32,000 nucleotides of DNA, from positions 510,001 to 542,000 of the forward strand of contig JBJLBP010000001.1 in the NCBI GenBank assembly GCA_045568075.1. Reading direction: 5' to 3'. The translations under genes and the position numbers were made by a program. Origin of the DNA: Candidatus Thalassarchaeaceae archaeon. GTDB taxonomy: Archaea; Thermoplasmatota; Poseidoniia; Poseidoniales; Thalassarchaeaceae. Positions 24,397 through 32,000 of this stretch are shown one piece after another. The notes beneath the pieces were generated by a model. That model was not told the origin of the DNA. It did no database searches and worked only from the letters and a program-made list of their open reading frames with translations. Position 1 is the first letter of the stretch. The number at the start of each line of letters is the position of its first letter.

Positions 24397-24926
24397 TGGA
24401 AGACGATGGCAGAATCCGCGTCAACGTTGAAACGCAGACATTCCGTTTTATTCCTGGCAATCCGATTATTCATGATGATGCGGTTCGGCTTGCCAAAGGA
24501 ATCAAGTCTGGACCGTGGGTTGTGATTAGTCACAAGGAACCCCGAGCGACCTTCGTGGTCGAGGAGTCCGGCAGCGTTCTTGTGCACGGGATTTCGAGAC
24601 TCGAGGTCGCTCGATTGGTTATGCAAGAATTATTGCTCAGCCTCGGAATGTCTGAGGAAGGGCTTCGTTCTGAGACCGGTGATATGCTGATCAGTTTCTC
24701 CTTTGGTCGAGCCGTTTTGCTAGATTTGGCTTCGGCTCGCTTCGCGGACGCAACGAAAGATGACCGGATTGGATGCGTCCGCATCGACGCCAAGCGTCAT
24801 GATTGTGAGATTCTGGTCTTCAACAATGGACATGGCGTCGTCACAGGCCAATCCTCCAAGCGCGTCGCTGAGATGGCGGTACGTCACTGGGCGGCGCAGC
24901 TCGATGAGGAAGGCGCATTGGCATGA
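24396..24926 (+). CDS. Internally duplicated TBP-like (TATA-binding-protein fold-like) protein, highly divergent
   Basis: 176 aa, which is TBP-sized. It has two ~88-aa halves that align to each other: ATFVVEESGSVLVHGISRLEVARLVMQELLLSL against CEILVFNNGHGVVTGQSSKRVAEMAVRHWAAQL. The second resembles the TBP signature LIFSSGKxVxTGAKSxE. The canonical FPGL..R block is missing. Confidence 0.4.
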   Translation: MEDDGRIRVNVETQTFRFIPGNPIIHDDAVRLAKGIKSGPWVVISHKEPRATFVVEESGSVLVHGISRLEVARLVMQELLLSLGMSEEGLRSETGDMLISFSFGRAVLLDLASARFADATKDDRIGCVRIDAKRHDCEILVFNNGHGVVTGQSSKRVAEMAVRHWAAQLDEEGALA

Positions 24927-25816
24927 GCGCGGTTGTCGACGGACGCTGGCAAGGTCCCGTCGTCGACCAACACATCCACCTCGATCGCTCGAATCGCTAT
25001 CTGGCTGCTGTCGAAGAATTCGTTCGAGTCGGCGGAACCGGCATGATGTTGGTTCACAAGCCATCATTCGGTGGAAAACTGCCTATTGACAAGGATGGAT
25101 ATCGCGCGGCTTACAACGAAACTCTGTCGATGGCTGCTGAGGTCCGCGAGCGCTTTGAGATCACGGTTGGAGTCGTGCTCGGACCTCATCCGGTCGCTTG
25201 GGAGCATCAAATTGCAGATCTAGGAATGGAACGCGCGAGCGAGTTGCATCTTGAAGCGGTTCACCTCGCCCTCAAACACATCGAAGCAGGAGATGCTCAA
25301 TGTTTGGGTGAGGTCGGAAGACCACACTATACTGTGAGCGATGAGACCTGGGTGGCCGCCAATGAAAATCTCGCTGAAATTATGGCGGCAGCCGCAGGAT
25401 CAGGCACTCCAATTCAGCTTCATGTAGAGGATGCCGGTGCACAGACTTATGCCGAAATCGCAACGATGGCCAATAGTGTAGGACTACCGCTTAGTCATAC
25501 GATTAGACACTATGCGCCAGCCGATGTTTCAGCAGATTTTACACACGGCCTCGCTTGCACTGTCAGTGTTGGCCGAGGTAGTGTCGAGGCCTTGGTAGCA
25601 AGCCATGCATCGGCCTCGTCCCCATGGGGGATGGAAACCGATTATCTCGATGATCCGCGCCGTCCCGGCGCGGTTCTCGGCCCCAAAACAATCCCAAAAC
25701 GTACTGATGAATTGTGCGCAGCCCTTCTGGCGGAGCACGATCGGGAAGAGGTTGAGGAAATCCTCACAAAGGTCCATTCGAAATGGCCCAGTCAGTTGTA
25801 CGGCTTGGAATTCTGA
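24923..25816 (+). CDS. TatD-related metal-dependent (TIM-barrel) hydrolase
   Basis: 297 aa. VDQHIHLD, GEVGRPHY, IQLHVED, IRHY and METDYLDD give an H-x-H...E...H...H...D metal-ligand pattern. The ATG overlaps the upstream stop (ATGA at 24923-24926). Confidence 0.75.
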   Translation: MSAVVDGRWQGPVVDQHIHLDRSNRYLAAVEEFVRVGGTGMMLVHKPSFGGKLPIDKDGYRAAYNETLSMAAEVRERFEITVGVVLGPHPVAWEHQIADLGMERASELHLEAVHLALKHIEAGDAQCLGEVGRPHYTVSDETWVAANENLAEIMAAAAGSGTPIQLHVEDAGAQTYAEIATMANSVGLPLSHTIRHYAPADVSADFTHGLACTVSVGRGSVEALVASHASASSPWGMETDYLDDPRRPGAVLGPKTIPKRTDELCAALLAEHDREEVEEILTKVHSKWPSQLYGLEF

Positions 25817-25818
25817 TA

Positions 25819-26067
25819 TCATTTCCAGAATGGTGAGCGTAGCTTCGGAGTGAAGGTGAACACACCACCCGTGACCATGAGTACTAGGAAACTGAAGAAT
25901 AACTGCAAATCACCGAAAGGCAGTGGATGACCAGCGATTTCAAAGATCATCTTCCAAAGTGGCACATTAATTGGTAAGAAGATGAAGAGCATCGCAACAC
26001 CGAGTCGCTGTCGTAGAAGCACGAACTGGCGACTCGACAACCCCTTTTGAAATCCGGAGGTGTGCAA
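25819..26067 (-). CDS. Possible small membrane protein (57-82 aa)
   Basis: ORF with hydrophobic stretches VAMLFIFLPINVPLW and LFFSFLVLMVTGGVF. TTG start at 26067 or ATG at 25992. No other support. Confidence 0.3.
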   Translation of the reverse strand: MHTSGFQKGLSSRQFVLLRQRLGVAMLFIFLPINVPLWKMIFEIAGHPLPFGDLQLFFSFLVLMVTGGVFTFTPKLRSPFWK

Positions 26068-26122
26068 GCCTCGACTTACGAACCGAATCGGTCAAAGGTG
26101 AGACTTCAGTGGGGCGATTCGC

Positions 26123-26197
26123 GCGTTCATGGTGTAGGGGTTAGCACAAGAGGTTTCCAACCTCTTAGCCCGGGTTCAAATCCCGGTGAGCGCACCA
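26123..26197 (+). tRNA. tRNA-Gly(UCC): tRNA-Gly (anticodon UCC) with genomically encoded CCA
   Basis: Folded by hand. Acceptor stem GCGUUCA/UGAGCGC (7 bp, one G-U). D-arm GUGU-AGGGGUUA-GCAC. Anticodon arm AGAGG-UUUCCAA-CCUCU. T-arm CCGGG-UUCAAAU-CCCGG. Discriminator A, then CCA. Confidence 0.9.
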
Positions 26198-26263
26198 CAT
26201 ATTTCCGGCTCTGATTAGTCACGATAATCGAGCCAATCGGGCCAAACCATCATCACTCTCGAT

Positions 26264-28198
26264 TTGCCCACTGTGAAGGATTCAAAGAGTGTGGACCAAA
26301 CGGTTCGACAGATGACGCGTGCCATGGCTTCCGGAATCGCCAGAGATTCTTCTGACTTGGAAGAAGAGTCGCAAATCGTCGGTCGGCAAATATGGCGAAT
26401 TTTGCCCTATGTCACTCGTTATTGGCAGCGCGCCTTAGGTGGAATTATCGCCAATGTCTTCGCGCGCGCCTTCGATCTGATACCCTTCATCGCGATCGGA
26501 ATGGCTGCTGATTACTACAATCCGAACAATTCGACATTCTCTGACTCGAGAATAGAGAGTATCGTCACCTCTGATCTCATCCCATCATTTGGCCCGATTG
26601 GCTCGATTGAAATTGGATTCGGACTCCTGATACTCTTCTCATTCACGATGCTCGCAATTTTCCAAGGATTCAGCAATCAATTGTGGCAGTCTGTCGCCTA
26701 CAAGGCTCAGCACGACATCAGAATGGATGCGACGATGTCGCTGATGGATATGGAGGCCTCATATTTCGAGACGAGACAGACTGGAAATCTGATGTCGGTA
26801 CTATCTGCAGACGTCGCTCAACTGGAAGATATCATATCGGATTCCAGCACGAGCATCATCCGTATCATCACCACATTCGCAGTGGCTTTCGGTATTATGT
26901 TCTGGATGTCACCTAAACTGAGTGTAATCCTAATCGCACCGCTAGTTCTCATCGTCCCGATGGTAGTCTGGTTCTCGACTCGAGTCCAGCGCCGTTACAG
27001 AAAGCAGCGCGAGAGAACCGGTGGGATCATCGCCATTCTCGAAAATGTCCTCTCGGGAATCACCGTGGTTCAGGCTTACAATGCAACCTCTTTCGAAGGG
27101 GCGAGAATCGAGAGTCAGAGTGGAGATTACAGAGATCAAGCAATTCAGGCAGCATTCCTTCGAAATCGCTTCATCCCCGGCATCTACGTCGTCGCTGGAA
27201 TCTCCTTCGGCCTACTCGTTTCAGCTGGAGGTTGGGTTATGTCGACTGGTGAAATCAGTGTTGGGCAATTTGTCACATTCTTGTTGGTCTCTACGAGGAT
27301 GACCATGCCGATGTTCATCCTCGGGATGCTGTTGAATCAACTTCAGAAAGGCGAGGCTGCTGCTCGACGAGTTTTCGCGATTATCACCCTCGAGCCATCA
27401 ATTTCTGACTCCGAGGGTGCTATCGTTCTGGACGAGCCGATAACCTCAGTATCTTTCGACGGCGTAACATTCGCTTATCCAGGAACGCCGGTTAACGTGC
27501 TCAATGGCGTCTCTTTCGATGTCCAGGCAGGGGGCTTCCTCGGCATCATGGGGCACACAGGGGCTGGTAAATCGACAGTGCTGAAATTGGTCGAAAAATT
27601 TTACCAGCCACAGGTTGGTTCAGTTCGTATAAACGGCAGCGACATCAATGAATTTACGATTCATTCGGTCCGTTCCCGAATCGGATTCGTTAGTCAAGAT
27701 CCATTCCTCTTCTTCGGTTCCGTACGCGACAATGTCGCTTATGCGCGCGAGGCCAGTAACGACGAGGTCCGCCTCGCGCTCGAAACAGCTGGAGCGTGGG
27801 ATTTCGTCTCGGAGATGGAAGGTGGAATTGACTCGATGGTTGGCGATCGTGGTGTTCGACTTTCGGGTGGACAGCGCGCTCGCATCAGTCTGGCCCGAGC
27901 TCTTCTGATGAACCCAGATGTCTTGATTCTGGATGAAGCGAGCGCGGCTCTCGATGCTGAGACTGAGAAGAGAATTCAACAGTCTCTTTTCGGCGGAGGT
28001 AACGGCTCTAACGGCAAGAAGCGACTCACCCTCGCAGTCGCTCATAGGCTGGCGACAATTCGCAACGCTGACGAGATTATTTCGATGGTCGACGGGGTAA
28101 TCGTCGAGCGAGGGACTCACCCCGAACTTATCTCCAATGAGAGTGTTTATGCCTCGCAATGGGCTATTCAGACCGGCGAAATCGACGCAGAAGATTGA
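26264..28198 (+). CDS. ABC exporter, fused permease and ATPase (ABCB/MsbA-like half transporter)
   Basis: 644 aa. Six-helix TMD, Walker A GHTGAGKST, signature LSGGQRARISLARAL, Walker B VLILDEASAALD, H-loop AVAHRL. The TTG start is uncertain. Confidence 0.9.
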   Translation: MPTVKDSKSVDQTVRQMTRAMASGIARDSSDLEEESQIVGRQIWRILPYVTRYWQRALGGIIANVFARAFDLIPFIAIGMAADYYNPNNSTFSDSRIESIVTSDLIPSFGPIGSIEIGFGLLILFSFTMLAIFQGFSNQLWQSVAYKAQHDIRMDATMSLMDMEASYFETRQTGNLMSVLSADVAQLEDIISDSSTSIIRIITTFAVAFGIMFWMSPKLSVILIAPLVLIVPMVVWFSTRVQRRYRKQRERTGGIIAILENVLSGITVVQAYNATSFEGARIESQSGDYRDQAIQAAFLRNRFIPGIYVVAGISFGLLVSAGGWVMSTGEISVGQFVTFLLVSTRMTMPMFILGMLLNQLQKGEAAARRVFAIITLEPSISDSEGAIVLDEPITSVSFDGVTFAYPGTPVNVLNGVSFDVQAGGFLGIMGHTGAGKSTVLKLVEKFYQPQVGSVRINGSDINEFTIHSVRSRIGFVSQDPFLFFGSVRDNVAYAREASNDEVRLALETAGAWDFVSEMEGGIDSMVGDRGVRLSGGQRARISLARALLMNPDVLILDEASAALDAETEKRIQQSLFGGGNGSNGKKRLTLAVAHRLATIRNADEIISMVDGVIVERGTHPELISNESVYASQWAIQTGEIDAED

Positions 28199-28237
28199 GG
28201 CAAAGGTTGACGCGGTATTCATCTCAGAGGATTCAAC

Positions 28238-28939
28238 ATGATTGAATGGGTCAGGGTTGAGCCGGGCCGAGCCGAGATTGGTTCTCAGAACCGCTCAATC
28301 CTCTTCGGTGGCATTGGCCCGAAGCATATGGTCGATGTGAAGTATGCATATGAGATTTCAAAAAAACCAGTTCCGATAGCGGAAGCAGAGGCTCTTATGG
28401 AAGCCAAGGAAGCGGGATTGTCGAGTGAGTCTGAGTGGGCGGTAGCTCTCGCACAGGGTGCAATCACAGGGACTGGAGAACTTGAGAAACTATCCGATCG
28501 CTGCAAAGGCAACTACTGGGGTAAGTCTCTCGATGGCCGACCACACTGGATGAATGACTGGCAATTCCACATCTGTAAGCAATGGAAAGGTAGCACTCCA
28601 AGCACGAGACTTGTTGCGCGTGAGACGAGACAACCGGAATTCGTGCGCTTAGTGAGAGTTGAGATTAGGGAATTCGCCCCAGATCCTCCAACATTGCCTA
28701 CTACTCGAGATATGGGTCGACTGCTTAGAGAAGAGTCATCAATCATCCTAGGTGTTGGAATTGTACCGTCCTTCGTCTGGGCTTACTTCAACGCGAGCTC
28801 AGGCTATATCGAGAGCGGCTGGCCCGGGCTCGTCCTTGGTGGAATCATTCTCGGACTCATCACCAGTATCTTCTGGCGTCCAAAGACCACATCTTACCGC
28901 ATCGGGCGTAATTGCGGCAAGGTCAAGCCAAATGAGTGA
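28238..28939 (+). CDS. Hypothetical protein with a C-terminal membrane anchor
   Basis: 233 aa, with AGAGGA before the ATG. The N-terminus (WVRVEPGRAEIGS...HMVDVKYAYEISKKPV) faintly resembles the start of FGE/SUMF1-type domains. Two C-terminal TM helices. Confidence 0.5.
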   Translation: MIEWVRVEPGRAEIGSQNRSILFGGIGPKHMVDVKYAYEISKKPVPIAEAEALMEAKEAGLSSESEWAVALAQGAITGTGELEKLSDRCKGNYWGKSLDGRPHWMNDWQFHICKQWKGSTPSTRLVARETRQPEFVRLVRVEIREFAPDPPTLPTTRDMGRLLREESSIILGVGIVPSFVWAYFNASSGYIESGWPGLVLGGIILGLITSIFWRPKTTSYRIGRNCGKVKPNE

Positions 28940-28955
28940 GTTGAAACTGACATTC

Positions 28956-30047
28956 TCAATCTCGAGACCGGTCGTCGATTTGCAGTCCTGGTCGTCCGGT
29001 GAAAATACGCCACTTTCCGCGCAGAACTCCCATTCCGTAATTCCAGTGCAGAGTGTAAGTCACAATCGATGAGAGGAAAATTGTCCAAGGCGTTTTACTT
29101 GGCGAGTTGCCTTTAGCCGATCCGAACCATGCGAGCAAATTGTAGAGAAGAATCAGCGTGAGTAGAGTATGAACTCCTACTCTCGGCCAACCTAATGGGA
29201 CTGTGTCGAAGCTCAAATCCCAGAATTCAGGCCAAGCCAAGCCATCGTTAGCAAGTCCCCAGAAAAAGAAGGCAAAGGCGGCTGTGACTATCGGTGGGAA
29301 AGCCGCTGTCATCGTGTGCGTGAAAGCGTGTAATTCAGGATGCTGATGGCTTGCAAGGGTTCGTACCATACCGTAATTTCCAATCTGTTTCTTGACCCGA
29401 GAAAGGTCACGGCGACGGTGCCACATCACCGCGGTTCGGTCTGTCCACAACTTGTGTCCAGCCGATCTAATACGATGGTCCAGAATGACATCTTCAGCGC
29501 CAATCGAACCCTCGTCAAAGCCGTCGACTTCCTCGAGTACTGAGCGGCGATATGCTGAATTCACGCCGGGTAATTGAGTGACTTCCGAGAGTTCTGATTC
29601 CCCGACTTTCCCATAATTGGTGCCAGTGGTGTAGATAGTCGAACAGAATGCGACATCGATGACTCTCTGCCACAGTGTCGATTCTTCAGGGGGGGCGAAA
29701 TTAGGCCCACCTACTCCTGCAACATCCTCTCGTTCAAACCATCGAACCAGATTCGCAACCCAATCTTCGGGTACGATAACATCGTCATCGGTGAATAGGA
29801 CAAGTTCTGACTCGGTCACTCGAAGAGCCACATTGCAAGCGTCAGCACGTGTGCGAGAGCCAGCATCGTCGACAAAGCGCATACCAGCGGCCTCAGCAGC
29901 TACCTTTCCGGGGTCGTTTCCTGGCCCAACGACCACAATTTCGAGAGGTCCTCCGTAGGTTTGGGAGCCTAAACCATCGAGGGCGATGGCCAACTCATCG
30001 GCATTCCGAACGCTCGGAATAATCACGCATACACTTGGCTCGGCCAC
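28956..30047 (-). CDS. Family 2 glycosyltransferase with a C-terminal membrane domain
   Basis: 363 aa. VCVIIPSVRNADELAIALDGLGSQTY, VVVGPGNDP, LFTDDDVIV (DxD), GAEDV, then several TM helices. GTG start. Confidence 0.85.
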   Translation of the reverse strand: MAEPSVCVIIPSVRNADELAIALDGLGSQTYGGPLEIVVVGPGNDPGKVAAEAAGMRFVDDAGSRTRADACNVALRVTESELVLFTDDDVIVPEDWVANLVRWFEREDVAGVGGPNFAPPEESTLWQRVIDVAFCSTIYTTGTNYGKVGESELSEVTQLPGVNSAYRRSVLEEVDGFDEGSIGAEDVILDHRIRSAGHKLWTDRTAVMWHRRRDLSRVKKQIGNYGMVRTLASHQHPELHAFTHTMTAAFPPIVTAAFAFFFWGLANDGLAWPEFWDLSFDTVPLGWPRVGVHTLLTLILLYNLLAWFGSAKGNSPSKTPWTIFLSSIVTYTLHWNYGMGVLRGKWRIFTGRPGLQIDDRSRD

Positions 30048-30107
30048 ACTCCGCCGTAGCCGACTCCCATTTCAACGGCTCTCACCAAATGTCACAGAGA
30101 ATTGGTA

Positions 30108-30857
30108 TCAAGGGTCGTTACTGACACGGGGCGCGAGGAAGTAAGTCCAAGCCGCGCCGCCATCGTTTGAGTTCCACGAAAGTCTCAGGGGATACCTGTC
30201 TTGGAACTCGACCGTTACTTCCTCGGTCAGTCCACTCGCCAACTTGCGGCTAAGGGGGTCAAGGAATTGCAATGAATAGGTTGAATGTGTCGGTTTCGGT
30301 GCAACCAATTCCGACATTTCTCCAGCGTCGAAGCGGACATTGACTCCTTCTCCAGCCTCCACGGTCACCGAGACAGTCATCTGATTCTTGTCGAGGCTAA
30401 GATCGACCAGTTCTCCGACGAATTTCGCCGCTCGTAGTGCTCGTGACAACCTCTCAGAACTCAGAGTTGCCTTGCAATCGAAGTCGAGGTCAGGTTGGCG
30501 CGGCTCATTGATCGAACCTGTGTCAAGCCCACGCAAAATGCGGTGAACTTCGCCGACTCGTACATTGATTGCGCCAGTCGCGCCATCGTAATCCAACTCG
30601 ACCAAATCATTAGGACCGGCGAGGGTCAAAAGATCACGAAGCTTTCCGAGTTCGAGCCCGATTTCGACCGGCTCGACTTCGTAAGTCTCGAAGCAGGCAT
30701 CTGCTACCGTCACCGATAGCAGTGCCACGTGGGAGCCGTCGACGACGGTCGTACTCAAGCCATTCTCACCCCAACTGAGTTTTGCTTCCTCGGTCAGCAC
30801 CGAGAGCAGATCGACGATCTCTCGCATGAGTTGCTGTTTGGCAGTTACTCGAAGCAT
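30108..30857 (-). CDS. pcn: DNA polymerase sliding clamp PCNA
   Basis: ORF 30108..30899 trimmed to the ATG at 30857 (MLRVTAKQQLMREIVDLLSVLTEEAKLSW...), which matches the archaeal PCNA N-terminus and the ~249-aa length. AGGTG lies 6-7 nt upstream. Confidence 0.9.
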   Translation of the reverse strand: MLRVTAKQQLMREIVDLLSVLTEEAKLSWGENGLSTTVVDGSHVALLSVTVADACFETYEVEPVEIGLELGKLRDLLTLAGPNDLVELDYDGATGAINVRVGEVHRILRGLDTGSINEPRQPDLDFDCKATLSSERLSRALRAAKFVGELVDLSLDKNQMTVSVTVEAGEGVNVRFDAGEMSELVAPKPTHSTYSLQFLDPLSRKLASGLTEEVTVEFQDRYPLRLSWNSNDGGAAWTYFLAPRVSNDP

Positions 30858-30938
30858 CGCAACACCTACTTTCCTTCCCTCCAACGGGGGGTTCTTCATG
30901 CTTCTGTAATGAGTCTCCAGACTATATCAATCCACTAC

Positions 30939-30955
30939 GACCCACTTCGTGGGTC
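30939..30955 (-). other. Perfect 7-bp stem-loop (GACCCAC-GAA-GUGGGUC in sense) 10 nt after the tfs stop
   Basis: The + strand reads gacccac ttc gtgggtc. TTGATATAG (sense) just downstream could be the PCNA promoter TATA. Confidence 0.55.
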
Positions 30956-30965
30956 CATCAATGAT

Positions 30966-31346
30966 TCATTGATATTCGCGGAACTTGTGCCCACATCCTT
31001 CACATGTGCAAATCTTAGTCTCTGGCTCATCGCTCGACCGAGTCTGCATCAGTACGATGAAAATTCGATCCTCATCGCATTTCGGGCAGAGATAATCGCC
31101 GACCCAAAGGGTACCTTTGGCGACTTCTTCCTCAACAACCTCAGTCAAGTGTTTGAGCGAGGCTACCGAGGATTTTGCGGTGGTTTTGGAGAGGTCGATG
31201 GTCTCACCAGTCATTGGGTCGGTGAACTCTGCACCCTTCCCATCTGAGCCTGAAAGTGGGCCTTCGTAACCGCATTTGTAGTCGGTGCATCTGATATTGC
31301 CATCAGGTTGCATGAATCCAAGTGTACCACATTCTGGACAGAACAT
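30966..31346 (-). CDS. tfs: Transcription factor S (TFS) / RNA polymerase subunit M-type zinc-ribbon protein
   Basis: N-terminal ribbon CPECG...CTDYKC. C-terminal ribbon CPKC...QTRSSDEPET..CEGCGH, including the acidic DE hairpin. AGGAGGT SD upstream. Confidence 0.9.
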   Translation of the reverse strand: MFCPECGTLGFMQPDGNIRCTDYKCGYEGPLSGSDGKGAEFTDPMTGETIDLSKTTAKSSVASLKHLTEVVEEEVAKGTLWVGDYLCPKCDEDRIFIVLMQTRSSDEPETKICTCEGCGHKFREYQ

Positions 31347-31435
31347 ATGCTAACCTCCTAATGCTGTGTAGTACAGACCTTTCATCGCTGGACGAAGCGG
31401 TACTTCAAGGTTCTCAATTGCAGAATCTGCTTGAT

Positions 31436-31810
31436 TCAGCCAATTGTGGCCGTTGCGAGGCGCCAACCCACCCACGCTAATGCTACGCTTCCAAGGATTG
31501 TTGTCACGACCATGGTCGCAGTTGTTGATGGGCTTGATTCAGCTAGACGGATCGTGTCCACGGCGAAGGCTGACATCGTGGTGAAAGCCCCGAGCACGCC
31601 CGTTCCGAAGAGCAAGATCATTTCATCGCTCACTGCGGCTCCAGCTGCCGCGGCTCCGAGTAGAAGTCCTAGGAGGAGTGAACCCGCGAGATTCGCAGTC
31701 ATAGTCCCCCATGGCATGGTGTCTGCTGGTAACCACTGCTGGAGCGCGTAACGGGCGACTGCTCCGATGGCTCCGCCGGCTGCGACGATGGCTGCGAGCC
31801 TGAGGTCCAT
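31436..31810 (-). CDS. crcB: Fluoride ion channel CrcB (minimal extent; the frame stays open upstream to the window end)
   Basis: MDLRLAAIVAAGGAIGAVARYAL...WGTMTANLAGSLLLG...GAFTTMSAFAVD is typical of ~124-aa CrcB. The tracked ORF starts at a GTG at 31963. I find no in-frame stop up to 32000. Confidence 0.85.
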   Translation of the reverse strand: MDLRLAAIVAAGGAIGAVARYALQQWLPADTMPWGTMTANLAGSLLLGLLLGAAAAGAAVSDEMILLFGTGVLGAFTTMSAFAVDTIRLAESSPSTTATMVVTTILGSVALAWVGWRLATATIG

Positions 31811-32000
31811 ACTCGTGGGCGGGCTTGGTGGTTCTTGACCGCTTCCGAGAGGTGGGGGGTTAGTAGCGCGAGATTCAAGCGGAATGGGCTTCCCGGGATA
31901 ATTGTGAAACTGCATTACGACTGGCGTTTGGCTCGCGTCATCGATGGCGACGGTGTCGTCCACGATGAGGTGATATGGACGGGCAAGCGCTCGGCTGGAG

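Noticed and set aside
26123-30047. tRNA-Gly as an integration site for a genomic island (ABC exporter, hypothetical protein, GT2 downstream)
   Set aside because: No integrase, no direct repeat of the tRNA 3' end that I could find downstream, and no obvious composition shift.
30939-30955. Hairpin GACCCAC-TTC-GTGGGTC as a sixth member of the UAC-triloop family
   Set aside because: The loop is GAA in the sense of the flanking genes and the closing pair is the same, but the loop differs. It is kept as a separate terminator-like hairpin.
31811-31963. Fluoride riboswitch (crcB motif) upstream of crcB
   Set aside because: Reading the minus strand, I find none of the conserved riboswitch core elements (a GAUGG-type 5' segment and a CUGAUGA-type 3' segment). 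The region also stays in an open reading frame.

Overview
This window looks like an archaeal chromosomal segment. It carries Orc1/Cdc6, PCNA, TFS, a tRNA-Gly with encoded CCA, and Shine-Dalgarno-like GGAGG/GGTGA motifs before several starts. A marine planktonic euryarchaeote is my guess only. About 38 protein genes are densely packed on both strands.

Most are housekeeping or metabolic:
- moaE and moaC
- GlpX FBPase plus a classical class I aldolase
- a PPAT fused to a DUF359-type dephospho-CoA kinase
- biotin carboxylase and a PfkB kinase
- an ABC exporter and a GT2 glycosyltransferase
- a thioesterase and CrcB

I saw no rRNA, CRISPR array, transposase or integrase.

Observations worth follow-up:
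1. A BoxB-like diiron oxygenase that is missing from the ORF track because it runs off the window start. It sits behind a BoxC-like crotonase.
2. Five intergenic GC-rich stem-loops whose stems differ but which all close on a C-UAC-G triloop in the sense of the flanking genes.
3. A roughly 330-nt GC-rich non-coding block (11300-11632) with conserved-block order resembling RNase P RNA, plus a K-loop/H-ACA-like 3' hairpin.
4. Two tandem paralogous small winged-helix proteins, divergent from an 874-aa orphan with an N-terminal wHTH, across an AT-rich repeat-bearing control region.
5. A translationally coupled trio: an unknown protein, an internally duplicated TBP-like protein and a TatD-like hydrolase.
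6. A 405-bp AT-rich gap upstream of cdc6 that may be a replication origin.

All family calls come from motifs read by eye. No searches were run. Many start codons are uncertain because the ORF track uses ATG, GTG and TTG starts.
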